Shown piece by piece: positions 15,877 to 23,433 of a stretch of DNA of 64,000 bases. This stretch comes from a virus: the IMG/VR virus record IMGVR_UViG_3300045988_075875; one strand, given 5' to 3'. A model generated the notes under the pieces. The model searched no databases. It had not been told where the DNA came from and was given only the letters and a program-made list of their open reading frames with translations. Numbering within the stretch: position 1 is the first letter of the stretch; every line of letters starts with the position of its first letter. A program made the translations under genes and the position numbers.

Positions 15877-17373
15877 ATGACTGACAAGAACAACCGCACC
15901 ATGAAAACCGGCGACGTGGTGGAGATCACCGGCGCATACTTCAAGAATGACAACGGCCTTTACTTCGTCGAGCACACCCCCGGCGATCCGAATTGGAGCG
16001 GCCGCGATCACTGCCTCCGGCGCATCAAGCGCAACGGCGAACTCAGCACCGCAAAGGATAACATTTGCTTCTGGCCCATTTCCGCCTTTGTGAACAGCCG
16101 GGACAAGCGGGCCGCCGCGAACCAGTGGAATCAGGAGCATGCGGAAATCGAAATCAAGGCCTTCCCCCACACCACCCATATTGCGGCCTACTTCGCAGAC
16201 GAGGCGGAAAAGCAGGACAAGGAGGCCCAGCGCTGCATCTGGAACCTTGGCGAGGATCACGAGGTAGTCAAGGCCATCCAGGCGACGCGCAACTTCCTCC
16301 GCTCCATTTCCGACGGCCTCCGGGCCGAACAGCCCACCCCCGCCGACACCCAGCAGCCCGAACAGCAGACCCCCGCCACCGGCGCAGGCGCAGAAGCGCC
16401 CGCGGAACAGCTGGAGGCCACCACCGCAGAACAGGCAGAACAGCCCGCCCCGGAAAATCGACCTGCTACGGTCCCGACCTACTACGAGATCAGCGAGGAA
16501 ACCGCCCGGAACGCTCACTATTGCGTCCACATGAGCGACTACAAACCCGGCAGCGCCACCGCCGATTATCGAAATTCCGTGAACAGCGCCGCCGAACTGG
16601 TGGAACAGCAGAAGGACCGCGTTAGCACTTTTTACCATGACAAGCTGGACGCCCTGCTTGACCGCTACGCCCGCCGCCTTGCCCAGTGGACGAACGATTA
16701 CAACCGCAACCAGGCCAGCTATCCCAGCCAGTTTATCGCCGGGGCGGGTAACTTCAATATGCGCAAGCACAACCGCCAAATGTCCCGCGAGGGATCCCTG
16801 TGGGAGGAATACCGGCAGATCGAGGCGATTCTGGACAAGATCCGCAGCGTCGGCACCGGCCCGGTAGACCTTGCCGACCCCCACGCCCGCGAAATGCTCA
16901 CCGAGCGCCTGAACAGCCAACGCCAAATGCTGGAGGATGCCAAGACCGCAAACGCCTACTATCGCAAGCACAAAACGCTGGAAGGCTGCCCCGGCTTTAC
17001 GTCTGAACAGGCCGCGAACCTCACCGACCCGAACAGCTTTGATATTCGCGTTCACGGTTCCCCCTTCCCCGCTTACGAGCTGGCCAGCATCCGGGGCAAA
17101 ATCGAGCGGGCAGAACAGCGCCTCGCGGAGCTTGACCGCAGAGAACAGCAGGCCGCCGAGCCTCAGACCGGCACCGCCTTTGACGGCGGCCAGATCGTCC
17201 GCAATATCGACCTGAACAGACTCCAAATCCTCTTTGATGCCATTCCCGACGCCGACACCCGCGCCGCCCTGAAGCAAAACGGCTTCCGCTGGTCTCCGAA
17301 AAATCAGGCATGGCAGCGCCAGCTCACCGACAACGCCGAACGCGCCGCCCGTCAGGTCCTCCGCCTTGCCTGA
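15877..17373 (+). CDS. large hypothetical protein, C-terminal part resembles DUF3560-type plasmid/ICE/phage proteins
   Basis: 498 aa, AGGAGG RBS; Q/E/A/P-rich linker; C-terminal ...ALKQNGFRWSPKNQAWQRQL. Family assignment from memory only. Confidence 0.6.
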   Translation: MTDKNNRTMKTGDVVEITGAYFKNDNGLYFVEHTPGDPNWSGRDHCLRRIKRNGELSTAKDNICFWPISAFVNSRDKRAAANQWNQEHAEIEIKAFPHTTHIAAYFADEAEKQDKEAQRCIWNLGEDHEVVKAIQATRNFLRSISDGLRAEQPTPADTQQPEQQTPATGAGAEAPAEQLEATTAEQAEQPAPENRPATVPTYYEISEETARNAHYCVHMSDYKPGSATADYRNSVNSAAELVEQQKDRVSTFYHDKLDALLDRYARRLAQWTNDYNRNQASYPSQFIAGAGNFNMRKHNRQMSREGSLWEEYRQIEAILDKIRSVGTGPVDLADPHAREMLTERLNSQRQMLEDAKTANAYYRKHKTLEGCPGFTSEQAANLTDPNSFDIRVHGSPFPAYELASIRGKIERAEQRLAELDRREQQAAEPQTGTAFDGGQIVRNIDLNRLQILFDAIPDADTRAALKQNGFRWSPKNQAWQRQLTDNAERAARQVLRLA

Positions 17374-17470
17374 ACAGCGGCAAAAACCCCCTTGGCCCAC
17401 CCTGCTACAATGAAATTAAGAACTGAACAGCCCAGCCCCGGAGGTCACGAGGGCATGAAAGGACAACCCC

Positions 17471-17686
17471 ATGTTTATGGTTTACTTCAAAGGCCCCAGA
17501 GACAAACAGCATAAGCCCATGAGCCTGAACACCGGCGAGCTGTTTAATCGCCTCGTTTATGCGCCCGTCTACAATGACGATCTTCTCCCCGCCGTGAAGT
17601 CATGGATCGACCTGAACAAGAAGAACGCCCCGGATTGTTCGATCCAGTGCCGCGTCCCCGGCACCTCGAAAATCCTATATGCCTGA
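17471..17686 (+). CDS. hypothetical protein
   Basis: 71 aa, AAAGGA RBS. Confidence 0.55.
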   Translation: MFMVYFKGPRDKQHKPMSLNTGELFNRLVYAPVYNDDLLPAVKSWIDLNKKNAPDCSIQCRVPGTSKILYA

Positions 17687-17712
17687 ACAGCCGCACAGAA
17701 AGGAGCGCAACC

Positions 17713-18198
17713 ATGAAAACCGCCGGATATTGGGAGTGCAGAAATGAGATTATCGCCGCGCGCCTCCCCACCCCGCACAAGTACGAACCGTTTACCGAGC
17801 TTTTTGACGTGGATAAGCTCGACGCTATCCGCGACAAATACGGCGTTGACCTTTACCGCGAGTGCTACACAGACGTAGCCCGCGAGGTCATGGCCGATGC
17901 GATAAATGCACAGAAGGAAGCCCGTGAAAAAATGACTTATTCTGAAAAAATCGCCGAAGTCAAGAAGGTCGCGGTCAACTGCCAAATAACTGGAGGCTTG
18001 CTTGACCGTGGATATTGGTATGGCGAAAATCCGTATGCCGATCATCTGATCGAGTGTGCGCTGCTGTGGGACCTTTTTCCTGAAACAGTTGCTGATTTTG
18101 AAAACTTTTGCAGTTTCCGCAGATCCGATTATGCCATTCTCAGACTGAGCAAAAAAGCCAAACGTGAAATAGGAGGTACAACCCATGCTGAACACTGA
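17713..18198 (+). CDS. hypothetical protein
   Basis: Start at ATG 17713 (AAAGGAG RBS), MKTAGYWECRNEII... Confidence 0.55.
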   Translation: MKTAGYWECRNEIIAARLPTPHKYEPFTELFDVDKLDAIRDKYGVDLYRECYTDVAREVMADAINAQKEAREKMTYSEKIAEVKKVAVNCQITGGLLDRGYWYGENPYADHLIECALLWDLFPETVADFENFCSFRRSDYAILRLSKKAKREIGGTTHAEH

Positions 18199-18877
18199 AC
18201 AGTCCCTCACCTGCGTTTTGCAGCTCGTCCACGGACTGGACGAGGACGGAGCCGCCATTTATACCGCCGTCAGCAAAAACCCCTATGAATGGAAAAGCGC
18301 CGACGGCCCCATCCCCCGGCTGTATTTCTTAGAACAGGATCTCCGCCGCACGTTGGTGGAGGAAGCTGCCAGCCGCATCTGCGACGCAGCCGTGCGCATG
18401 AACAGCCAACGCCCCAATGAACAGGGCTTCTGGATCGACGAGGAAGGCAAGCAGTGCGTCTGCGACGGGCACCGGGGCTTCCGCCTGAACAGCCCCATAG
18501 AGCTGACCGCCGCGCCGGAACTAAGCGCAGACGGTTCCCGGTTTAACCTGGCGCAGATCATCGCCCCCATCCGCAAGAACACCCTGCGCCTCACCCTTCC
18601 CACTGTGGCGGAGGTCCGGGCGCAAATCAAAACGGACCGCGCGGAATGGGCCGCCAAGCGCCGCCGCAAGGGCGAGACCTTCAAAGCCAGTTATGATTTC
18701 GGCCCCGGCCTCCCCAGTGTCGATGCCAACTATCTGATCGACTTTCTTCAGCTGTTCCCGGACGGCGAAGCGTTCACCTCTGAACAGAAGCCCTATATCA
18801 CCCCCATCTATTTCCGGTCCGCCGACGGTGAAGGCATTCTCTGCCCCATCCGCAAGGCCACCGAAGCCGCCGCCTGA
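18185..18877 (+). CDS. hypothetical protein
   Basis: 230 aa, AGGAGG RBS. Confidence 0.6.
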   Translation: MLNTEQSLTCVLQLVHGLDEDGAAIYTAVSKNPYEWKSADGPIPRLYFLEQDLRRTLVEEAASRICDAAVRMNSQRPNEQGFWIDEEGKQCVCDGHRGFRLNSPIELTAAPELSADGSRFNLAQIIAPIRKNTLRLTLPTVAEVRAQIKTDRAEWAAKRRRKGETFKASYDFGPGLPSVDANYLIDFLQLFPDGEAFTSEQKPYITPIYFRSADGEGILCPIRKATEAAA

Positions 18878-18903
18878 ACAGCGGCGCAGGAAGGAACCGT
18901 CCC

Positions 18904-19332
18904 ATGAATGATAAAGCTATTATGAAGTACAACGCATTGATTGATGATCTTGCTTCGCTTGCCAAAGAGTCGCATGATTCCCGAGAGTCTATCGTCTGCA
19001 CGGAGGCGTCAGGATGGCTCAAGCATCTCTTCGACAAAAGCGAACGGCTTTCGATGGAGCTGAAGCACACGGAAGAAGTCGCCGCAAGCGCCAAGTCTGA
19101 AAAGTTCAGTCTGCAATCTTTTATCCTCGCGAACCTCGTTCAACCGAATCAGCAGGTGATCCTGTATGAATATACAGGTGTCCAGACTATGTGCCAATCT
19201 TGGCTCGGCAAGTTTTGTGGAATCCCAGATTCTTATGTCCACCGCACTGTGGATAAAGTTTTTGTCCCAGCCTACCCGGATATGTTGCCTTTCAACTCCA
19301 CCCTTTACATTCTTTTGGCCCCGGAAACCTAA
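18904..19332 (+). CDS. hypothetical protein (AT-richer)
   Basis: 142 aa, GGAAGGA RBS. Confidence 0.55.
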   Translation: MNDKAIMKYNALIDDLASLAKESHDSRESIVCTEASGWLKHLFDKSERLSMELKHTEEVAASAKSEKFSLQSFILANLVQPNQQVILYEYTGVQTMCQSWLGKFCGIPDSYVHRTVDKVFVPAYPDMLPFNSTLYILLAPET

Positions 19333-19381
19333 AGTCCCTATCCCCAACAACATTTGATTTTTATAGGAGGATGAATCGGAA

Positions 19382-19711
19382 ATGCAAAAAATTGTTTTGA
19401 ACGGCATGACCTTTGACGGCGCATCCGTCCTTCGGGCCGTGGAGCAGGTGGACCTGTTACCCTGTGGCGGTGAAGGTATGACCTGGAATCCGTGGCAGAT
19501 CGCAACCCCGGAGGAATATGCCATGCGCCTTCAAAAGATCAATTCGGCTCACTGGGATGCGCTGGATGTTGGCGAGATCCAGCCGGGTCCTTGTCTCTCT
19601 GCGCGGGAGATCGTCAGAGGCGGATGGAAGTTTTTATATCAGGTCGATGGACGTGGAGACTGGCAGTCTCAATGCTTTACTGTATGTGAAGCGGTTCTTA
19701 AGAAGTCCTAA
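19382..19711 (+). CDS. hypothetical protein
   Basis: 109 aa, AGGAGG RBS. Confidence 0.55.
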   Translation: MQKIVLNGMTFDGASVLRAVEQVDLLPCGGEGMTWNPWQIATPEEYAMRLQKINSAHWDALDVGEIQPGPCLSAREIVRGGWKFLYQVDGRGDWQSQCFTVCEAVLKKS

Positions 19712-19751
19712 ATGTCAAAAACTCTATTGGATGGGTATGGTACAATAAAAT

Positions 19752-19785
19752 CAAGGGCGAGATAGACGCCGCCCTTGCTTTCCAT
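19752..19785 (+). terminator. terminator of rightward block
   Basis: CAAGGGCG-loop-CGCCCTTG then CTTTCC. Confidence 0.5.
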
Positions 19786-19856
19786 CTTTCTATCTTCCCT
19801 CACGCACGGCGGCTGCCGGCCTACCCAACGGCAGCCGCCAAACTCCAAAACAGTAT

Positions 19857-19929
19857 GGGCGAAAATTGTGCGAACAGGGTTTTTGGCTTGTCCTCTGTTC
19901 TTCCGGTTCAACTCCGGTTTCGCTCACCA
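19857..19929 (+). ncRNA. tRNA-like element (good acceptor stem, T-arm and CCA; aberrant D/anticodon region)
   Basis: GGGCGAA...CCGG-TTCAACT-CCGG-T-TTCGCTC-A-CCA; 7-bp acceptor pairing (one G-U); middle folds only as GAACAG/CTGTTC stem with 16-nt loop. Confidence 0.3.
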
Positions 19930-20039
19930 GCGGCGCGAATGCCGCACGTAGTATTCTCCTACCTTCCAAGCGTGGCCCGTAAGTACACGCTCGCCGTTCT
20001 CGGAGCGGTGCCCCGGTGCAACCCCGGCAGGGCAGCAAC

Positions 20040-20113
20040 GCGGATATAGTTCATCGGCAGAACGGCGGCTTCCCAAGCCGCGAAGGTGGGTTCGATTCCC
20101 ATTATCCGCTCCA
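20040..20113 (+). tRNA. tRNA-Gly (anticodon CCC)
   Basis: Hand-folded cloverleaf: GCGGATA/TATCCGC acceptor, GTTC/GAAC D-stem, GCGGC-TTCCCAA-GCCGC anticodon arm, GTGGG-TTCGATT-CCCAT T-arm, encoded CCA. Confidence 0.85.
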
Positions 20114-20657
20114 AGGGTGCACGAAGCGCCCTGCATGGATCGCAAAGCCTCCTGAATGTGTATGACAGCCCGGAAAGACGGGCCGCCACATCACCCGCCA
20201 TGGCGCAAACAAGGCGGGATCACGCAGACGTCCAACCGATACTTCTGTCCTTTCCACCGGGAGCCGGGGACCTCTCCGGCCGTCTGCACCATGCCCGCCC
20301 ACATAAGAGGTGGTTACTCTATAAAAAACCGTAGTGGGAATGAAACCTCCATGTCTGGCAGTGGAGTCGGCGGGTTGATACAGCCGCTATCGGGATGGTT
20401 TTCTCAGAGACACTTGAGCAACCTGACAGCCGGGAAAGACCGGCATCTATATGCAGACGTCCAAGCCGCGGACGATCACGTGGGGAGTTGGGGGCATCTC
20501 CAACCGTCTGCACCACATCCAGCGCCGTGAGAAGTATACACTCACAAACGGGTTGCCCGGAGATGGGCGCGGCAGGGCAACAGAAACGTGTACCTATGGG
20601 GGCCAACCGCAGGCAGCCGACACGCAGCGGTGACAGTCTGGAAAGACAGACAAACAT
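20114..20657 (+). ncRNA. candidate large structured ncRNA between two tRNAs (ROOL/GOLLD-like context; class unverified)
   Basis: 544 nt with no credible ORF; three TGACAG-stem-GAAAGA-stem hairpins (20163, 20424, 20631); duplicated modules closed by GCAGACG/CGTCTGC helices. Confidence 0.45.
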
Positions 20658-20732
20658 AGGGGTGTAGCCAAGCGGTAAGGCAAGGGACTTTGACTCCCTC
20701 ACGCGCTGGTCCGAATCCAGCCATCCCTGCCA
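20658..20732 (+). tRNA. tRNA-Gln (anticodon UUG), atypical T-loop TCCGAAT
   Basis: AGGGGTG/CATCCCT acceptor (one G-U), AGGGA-CTTTGAC-TCCCT anticodon arm, GCTGG-TCCGAAT-CCAGC T-arm, encoded CCA. Confidence 0.75.
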
Positions 20733-20760
20733 TTGAAATTTTAGGAAAGGAGGATGTCCC

Positions 20761-21036
20761 ATGAACAAGACTGAACTGATCGCCGCCGTGGCGGAGCGTT
20801 CCGGCCACACCAAGCACGATACCGCCATCATGATGGATGCCGTGTTCACCGTCATTGAGGAATCCCTGCTCAACGGCAGCGAGGTCAAAGTCCCCGGCTT
20901 CGGCAAGTTCGCCGTGAAGCACCGGGAAGCACGGGTGGGGAAAGACCCCCGCACCGGCGAGGAAAAGGAATTTCCCGCCAAGACGGTTGCGGTGTTCCGC
21001 CCCGCAAAGCCCCTGAAGGACGCCCTGAACGGCTGA
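20761..21036 (+). CDS. hup: HU-family DNA-binding protein
   Basis: 91 aa; MNKTELIAAVAE...GFGKFAVKHREARVGKDPRTGEEKEFPAKTVAVFRPAKPLKDAL, canonical HU/IHF fold sequence. Confidence 0.9.
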   Translation: MNKTELIAAVAERSGHTKHDTAIMMDAVFTVIEESLLNGSEVKVPGFGKFAVKHREARVGKDPRTGEEKEFPAKTVAVFRPAKPLKDALNG

Positions 21037-21191
21037 TACCCCCATTTCGTAAATCGCCCACAGAAGCCCTGTAAGCGCCCCTTGAGTTTCGTGGGGTAGA
21101 GTTTTCAGCCCCCGCCTCTCTCTTATCTCTCAGGCCGCTTGTGGGGCCGTCAGCGCAAGAATTTTAATCAAGACCATACTCATACCGAAAA

Positions 21192-21235
21192 AGGGGGAAC
21201 GGTTTCCGTTTTGGAAAAGGTTCCTCCCTTTTTTA
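21192..21235 (+). terminator. terminator after HU gene
   Basis: GGGGGAAC...GTTCCTCCC then TTTTTT. Confidence 0.55.
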
Positions 21236-21237
21236 TC

Positions 21238-21266
21238 TCGACATTTTCTTGCAAATCGCCTATAAT
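21238..21266 (+). promoter_or_regulatory. sigma-A-type promoter
   Basis: TCGACA-17 nt-TATAAT. Confidence 0.5.
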
Positions 21267-21315
21267 TTTTCTGTAAAAAGGAATTACACGCCTAAAGGTA
21301 AAGGAGAATTTTACA

Positions 21316-21615
21316 ATGAAGATCATGAACCCCACCGCCATGAACCGATACAACGCCCTGCGAGAGGCCGCCGGGAAGATCGACCGTCTGGTCCCCCAGG
21401 TCCGCTTGCTGGACCAGCCGCCTCATGAGAACCGGGAGAACGCCTCCGTTGCGCTGGAATTTCCCACTCCCCTTGTGGTACTTAATTCCACCATCCGGCA
21501 GGCCCTCTCCTTCCTGTTCTGCCAGTGCGACACCGTGCAGACCGACAAAACGGACCGGGGTATCTGCTTCACCTTTACCGTCTCTGAAATCTGGATCACG
21601 GAGGAAACCACATGA
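21316..21615 (+). CDS. hypothetical protein
   Basis: 99 aa, AAAGGAGA RBS. Confidence 0.55.
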   Translation: MKIMNPTAMNRYNALREAAGKIDRLVPQVRLLDQPPHENRENASVALEFPTPLVVLNSTIRQALSFLFCQCDTVQTDKTDRGICFTFTVSEIWITEETT

Positions 21616-21806
21616 ACCTGAAAACCAATGTCACCCGCCGGGACTTCGCCTTCAGCGTCACCGCCGAGACCAAGGCGGGAGAACTGCGGATGTTCGATCA
21701 TACCGTTGACGCCGAAAGCGAGGAAGCCGCCCGCCTGCTCCTGATCTCCTATCTGGAAAGCCGGGGAATGGAGCTGGTGGAGGCCCGTCTGACCGGCGCG
21801 GAATAA
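21612..21806 (+). CDS. hypothetical protein
   Basis: 64 aa, ATGA coupling, GGAGGAA RBS. Confidence 0.5.
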   Translation: MNLKTNVTRRDFAFSVTAETKAGELRMFDHTVDAESEEAARLLLISYLESRGMELVEARLTGAE

Positions 21807-21819
21807 CGAGGTGCACTGC

Positions 21820-22119
21820 ATGAGTAATCAAAACGCCGACGTGAAAGTGCTGGCCGATAGCCTCTGGAATAACTACTTCCAGCCCAAAGTGGCGGATGCT
21901 ACCCGCTCCTGTCTCCGTCTGGAAAAGGCCACCGTAAAAGCGGCCCCCAGCGGCGGCACCGTGGCCGTCCAGCTTCCCTTTGACGAGACCGTGCTAAACC
22001 TGCCCTACGCCTCGTCCCTCTCAGGTCTCACCGCCGGACAGTCCGTCTGGGTGGGCATCCCCTACTCCGACCTATCCAACGGCGTTGTGATGTTCGACGC
22101 CACATTCCAGAACCTTTAA
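21820..22119 (+). CDS. hypothetical protein
   Basis: ATG 21820 (MSNQNADVKVL...). Confidence 0.5.
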   Translation: MSNQNADVKVLADSLWNNYFQPKVADATRSCLRLEKATVKAAPSGGTVAVQLPFDETVLNLPYASSLSGLTAGQSVWVGIPYSDLSNGVVMFDATFQNL

Positions 22120-22131
22120 ACGGAGGAACCA

Positions 22132-22434
22132 ATGAAAAACAGATTAACGGTCAGGCACGGGATGCTGTCAGACCTGAAAACGTATCTGACCCAAAGCGGC
22201 TGGAACCTTGAAGATCCCGTTGGAAAATACGAGGTTTTGCGGGCGCGGAATCTAAATTACCCGCGTCCGCTGCTCGTCCACAACCGCTCTGAGCGCGGAA
22301 TCGGATACAGCATCGACGAGCGCGATATGAAGATTTACAGCGGATGGAGGCGAAACCGCCGCAAGCGGGGACTCTCTCCTGACTTTCCGACAGAGGAAGA
22401 AAACGCGGCATACTGGCGCGGAGAAATCCAATAA
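22132..22434 (+). CDS. hypothetical basic protein
   Basis: 100 aa, GGAGGAA RBS. Confidence 0.55.
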   Translation: MKNRLTVRHGMLSDLKTYLTQSGWNLEDPVGKYEVLRARNLNYPRPLLVHNRSERGIGYSIDERDMKIYSGWRRNRRKRGLSPDFPTEEENAAYWRGEIQ

Positions 22435-22465
22435 GCAAACAAATCATCAAACAATTTGCAAAGTC

Positions 22466-22498
22466 TAAGCAAGATTTAAGCAAGTTGTAAGCAAGTTA
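22466..22498 (+). repeat. three tandem 11-mers TAAGCAAGNTN
   Basis: TAAGCAAGATT TAAGCAAGTTG TAAGCAAGTTA, then degenerate AAAAGCAAAG. Confidence 0.7.
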
Positions 22499-22506
22499 AA
22501 AAGCAA

Positions 22507-22531
22507 AGCCGCCCGTGTTGGGCGGCTTTTT
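22507..22531 (+). terminator. intrinsic terminator
   Basis: AGCCGCCC-gtgtt-GGGCGGCT TTTT. Confidence 0.8.
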
Positions 22532-22540
22532 CACAGGCGC

Positions 22541-22569
22541 TTGACTTCTCCTGCAAAATGCGATATGGT
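22541..22569 (+). promoter_or_regulatory. promoter of membrane-protein moron
   Basis: TTGACT-17 nt-TATGGT; shares CTTGACTT...CAAAATGC architecture with promoter at 23370. Confidence 0.6.
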
Positions 22570-22600
22570 CAAACCATCAGGAATTTAGGAGGTTTTTGAT

Positions 22601-23320
22601 ATGGCACTGATAAAATGCACCGAATGTGGCAAAGAGTTCAGTGATAAGGCGTCCGCTTGCCCTAACTGCGGCTGCCCTACAAAGGATGTTTTGTCCGAAC
22701 TGGCCCGGTCTCAGGAAACGCTGGAAGTAGAGCCGAAAACCGCAGAACCTCCTGCACCTGAAACACCAACCACACCTGTGGAATCCGCTCCACAGTCTAC
22801 GCCAAGTGAAATGATTCTGCCTGCTACGGGAAATGACGATACAGAAAAGCCTTGTGGGGAAAAGAAAGGTCATAATATTGTTCAAATGCTTGTCGGCCTT
22901 TTTATCTGCTTTGCCATCCTTTGTGCTGGTTTTTTCGTATTCTCTAAGAAAACAAATAAAAATCTTCAAGATACGCATACGCAAACAAAAACGAGCGATA
23001 CTTACCATTCTTCAGGAAGCTCCTCCACCTCGTCCAGCTCTTATACGAAAAAGACGGACACGAACACCGCCCGCCATTCCGACGAGGACGCCTTTTACTG
23101 TGCACAGTTGATTGTAGAGGACTATCTGAAAGCGCCGTCCACTGCAAAATTCTGCAAGCTATCGGATGCTACCGTGACCCATTTGGGAAACGGTGAGTAT
23201 ATGGTCACAGGCTGGGTGGATGCGGAAAATTCCTATGGAGCCATGATCCGCAGTGATTTTGTTGTCACCTATACCGCCACCGAAAAAGGCTTTAAAAACG
23301 GGAACGCCATAATCGGATAA
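22601..23320 (+). CDS. zinc-ribbon / single-pass membrane protein (moron; possible surface or exclusion function)
   Basis: 239 aa; MALIKCTECGKEFSDKASACPNCGCP, Pro/Thr linker, TM LVGLFICFAILCAGFFVF, Ser-rich linker, C-terminal globular domain; own promoter and terminator; AT-richer. Confidence 0.65.
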   Translation: MALIKCTECGKEFSDKASACPNCGCPTKDVLSELARSQETLEVEPKTAEPPAPETPTTPVESAPQSTPSEMILPATGNDDTEKPCGEKKGHNIVQMLVGLFICFAILCAGFFVFSKKTNKNLQDTHTQTKTSDTYHSSGSSSTSSSSYTKKTDTNTARHSDEDAFYCAQLIVEDYLKAPSTAKFCKLSDATVTHLGNGEYMVTGWVDAENSYGAMIRSDFVVTYTATEKGFKNGNAIIG

Positions 23321-23332
23321 AGATTGAAAAAG

Positions 23333-23358
23333 ACCGCCCTTCCGGGCGGCCTTTTCTT
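23333..23358 (+). terminator. intrinsic terminator
   Basis: CCGCCC-ttcc-GGGCGG then CCTTTTCTTC. Confidence 0.7.
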
Positions 23359-23369
23359 CGCCTCTGCTC

Positions 23370-23416
23370 TTGACTTTTGCCAGACAAAATGCTATGATAC
23401 TTATGCCAGACAAAAT
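23370..23416 (+). promoter_or_regulatory. promoter with duplicated operator GCCAGACAAAAT
   Basis: TTGACT(23370)-17 nt-TATGAT(23393); GCCAGACAAAAT at 23379-23390 and 23405-23416. Confidence 0.6.
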
Positions 23417-23433
23417 AGGAGGTGATCATCCCC

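Noticed and set aside
15841-17400. 519-aa minus-strand ORF
   Set aside because: It mirrors 15877..17373, which has an AGGAGG RBS and sensible composition. The minus-frame product is G/A/V/L low complexity.
12319-19711. Calling this block an integrative conjugative element
   Set aside because: No relaxase, coupling protein, T4SS genes or recognisable oriT are present in the window. Only the flavour of the orphan genes is ICE- or plasmid-like.
20114-20657. Tandem glycine riboswitch, tmRNA or RNase P RNA as the identity of the inter-tRNA segment
   Set aside because: I could not find the conserved cores I remember for these RNAs: no riboswitch aptamer consensus, no tmRNA tag ORF with a distant acceptor pairing, and no RNase P P4-like motifs. 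There is also no downstream gene for a riboswitch to control.
20319-21045. Minus-strand ORFs 20319..20981 and 20542..21045
   Set aside because: They run through tRNA-Gln and antisense to the HU gene, with no RBS. The region is better explained as RNA genes plus HU.
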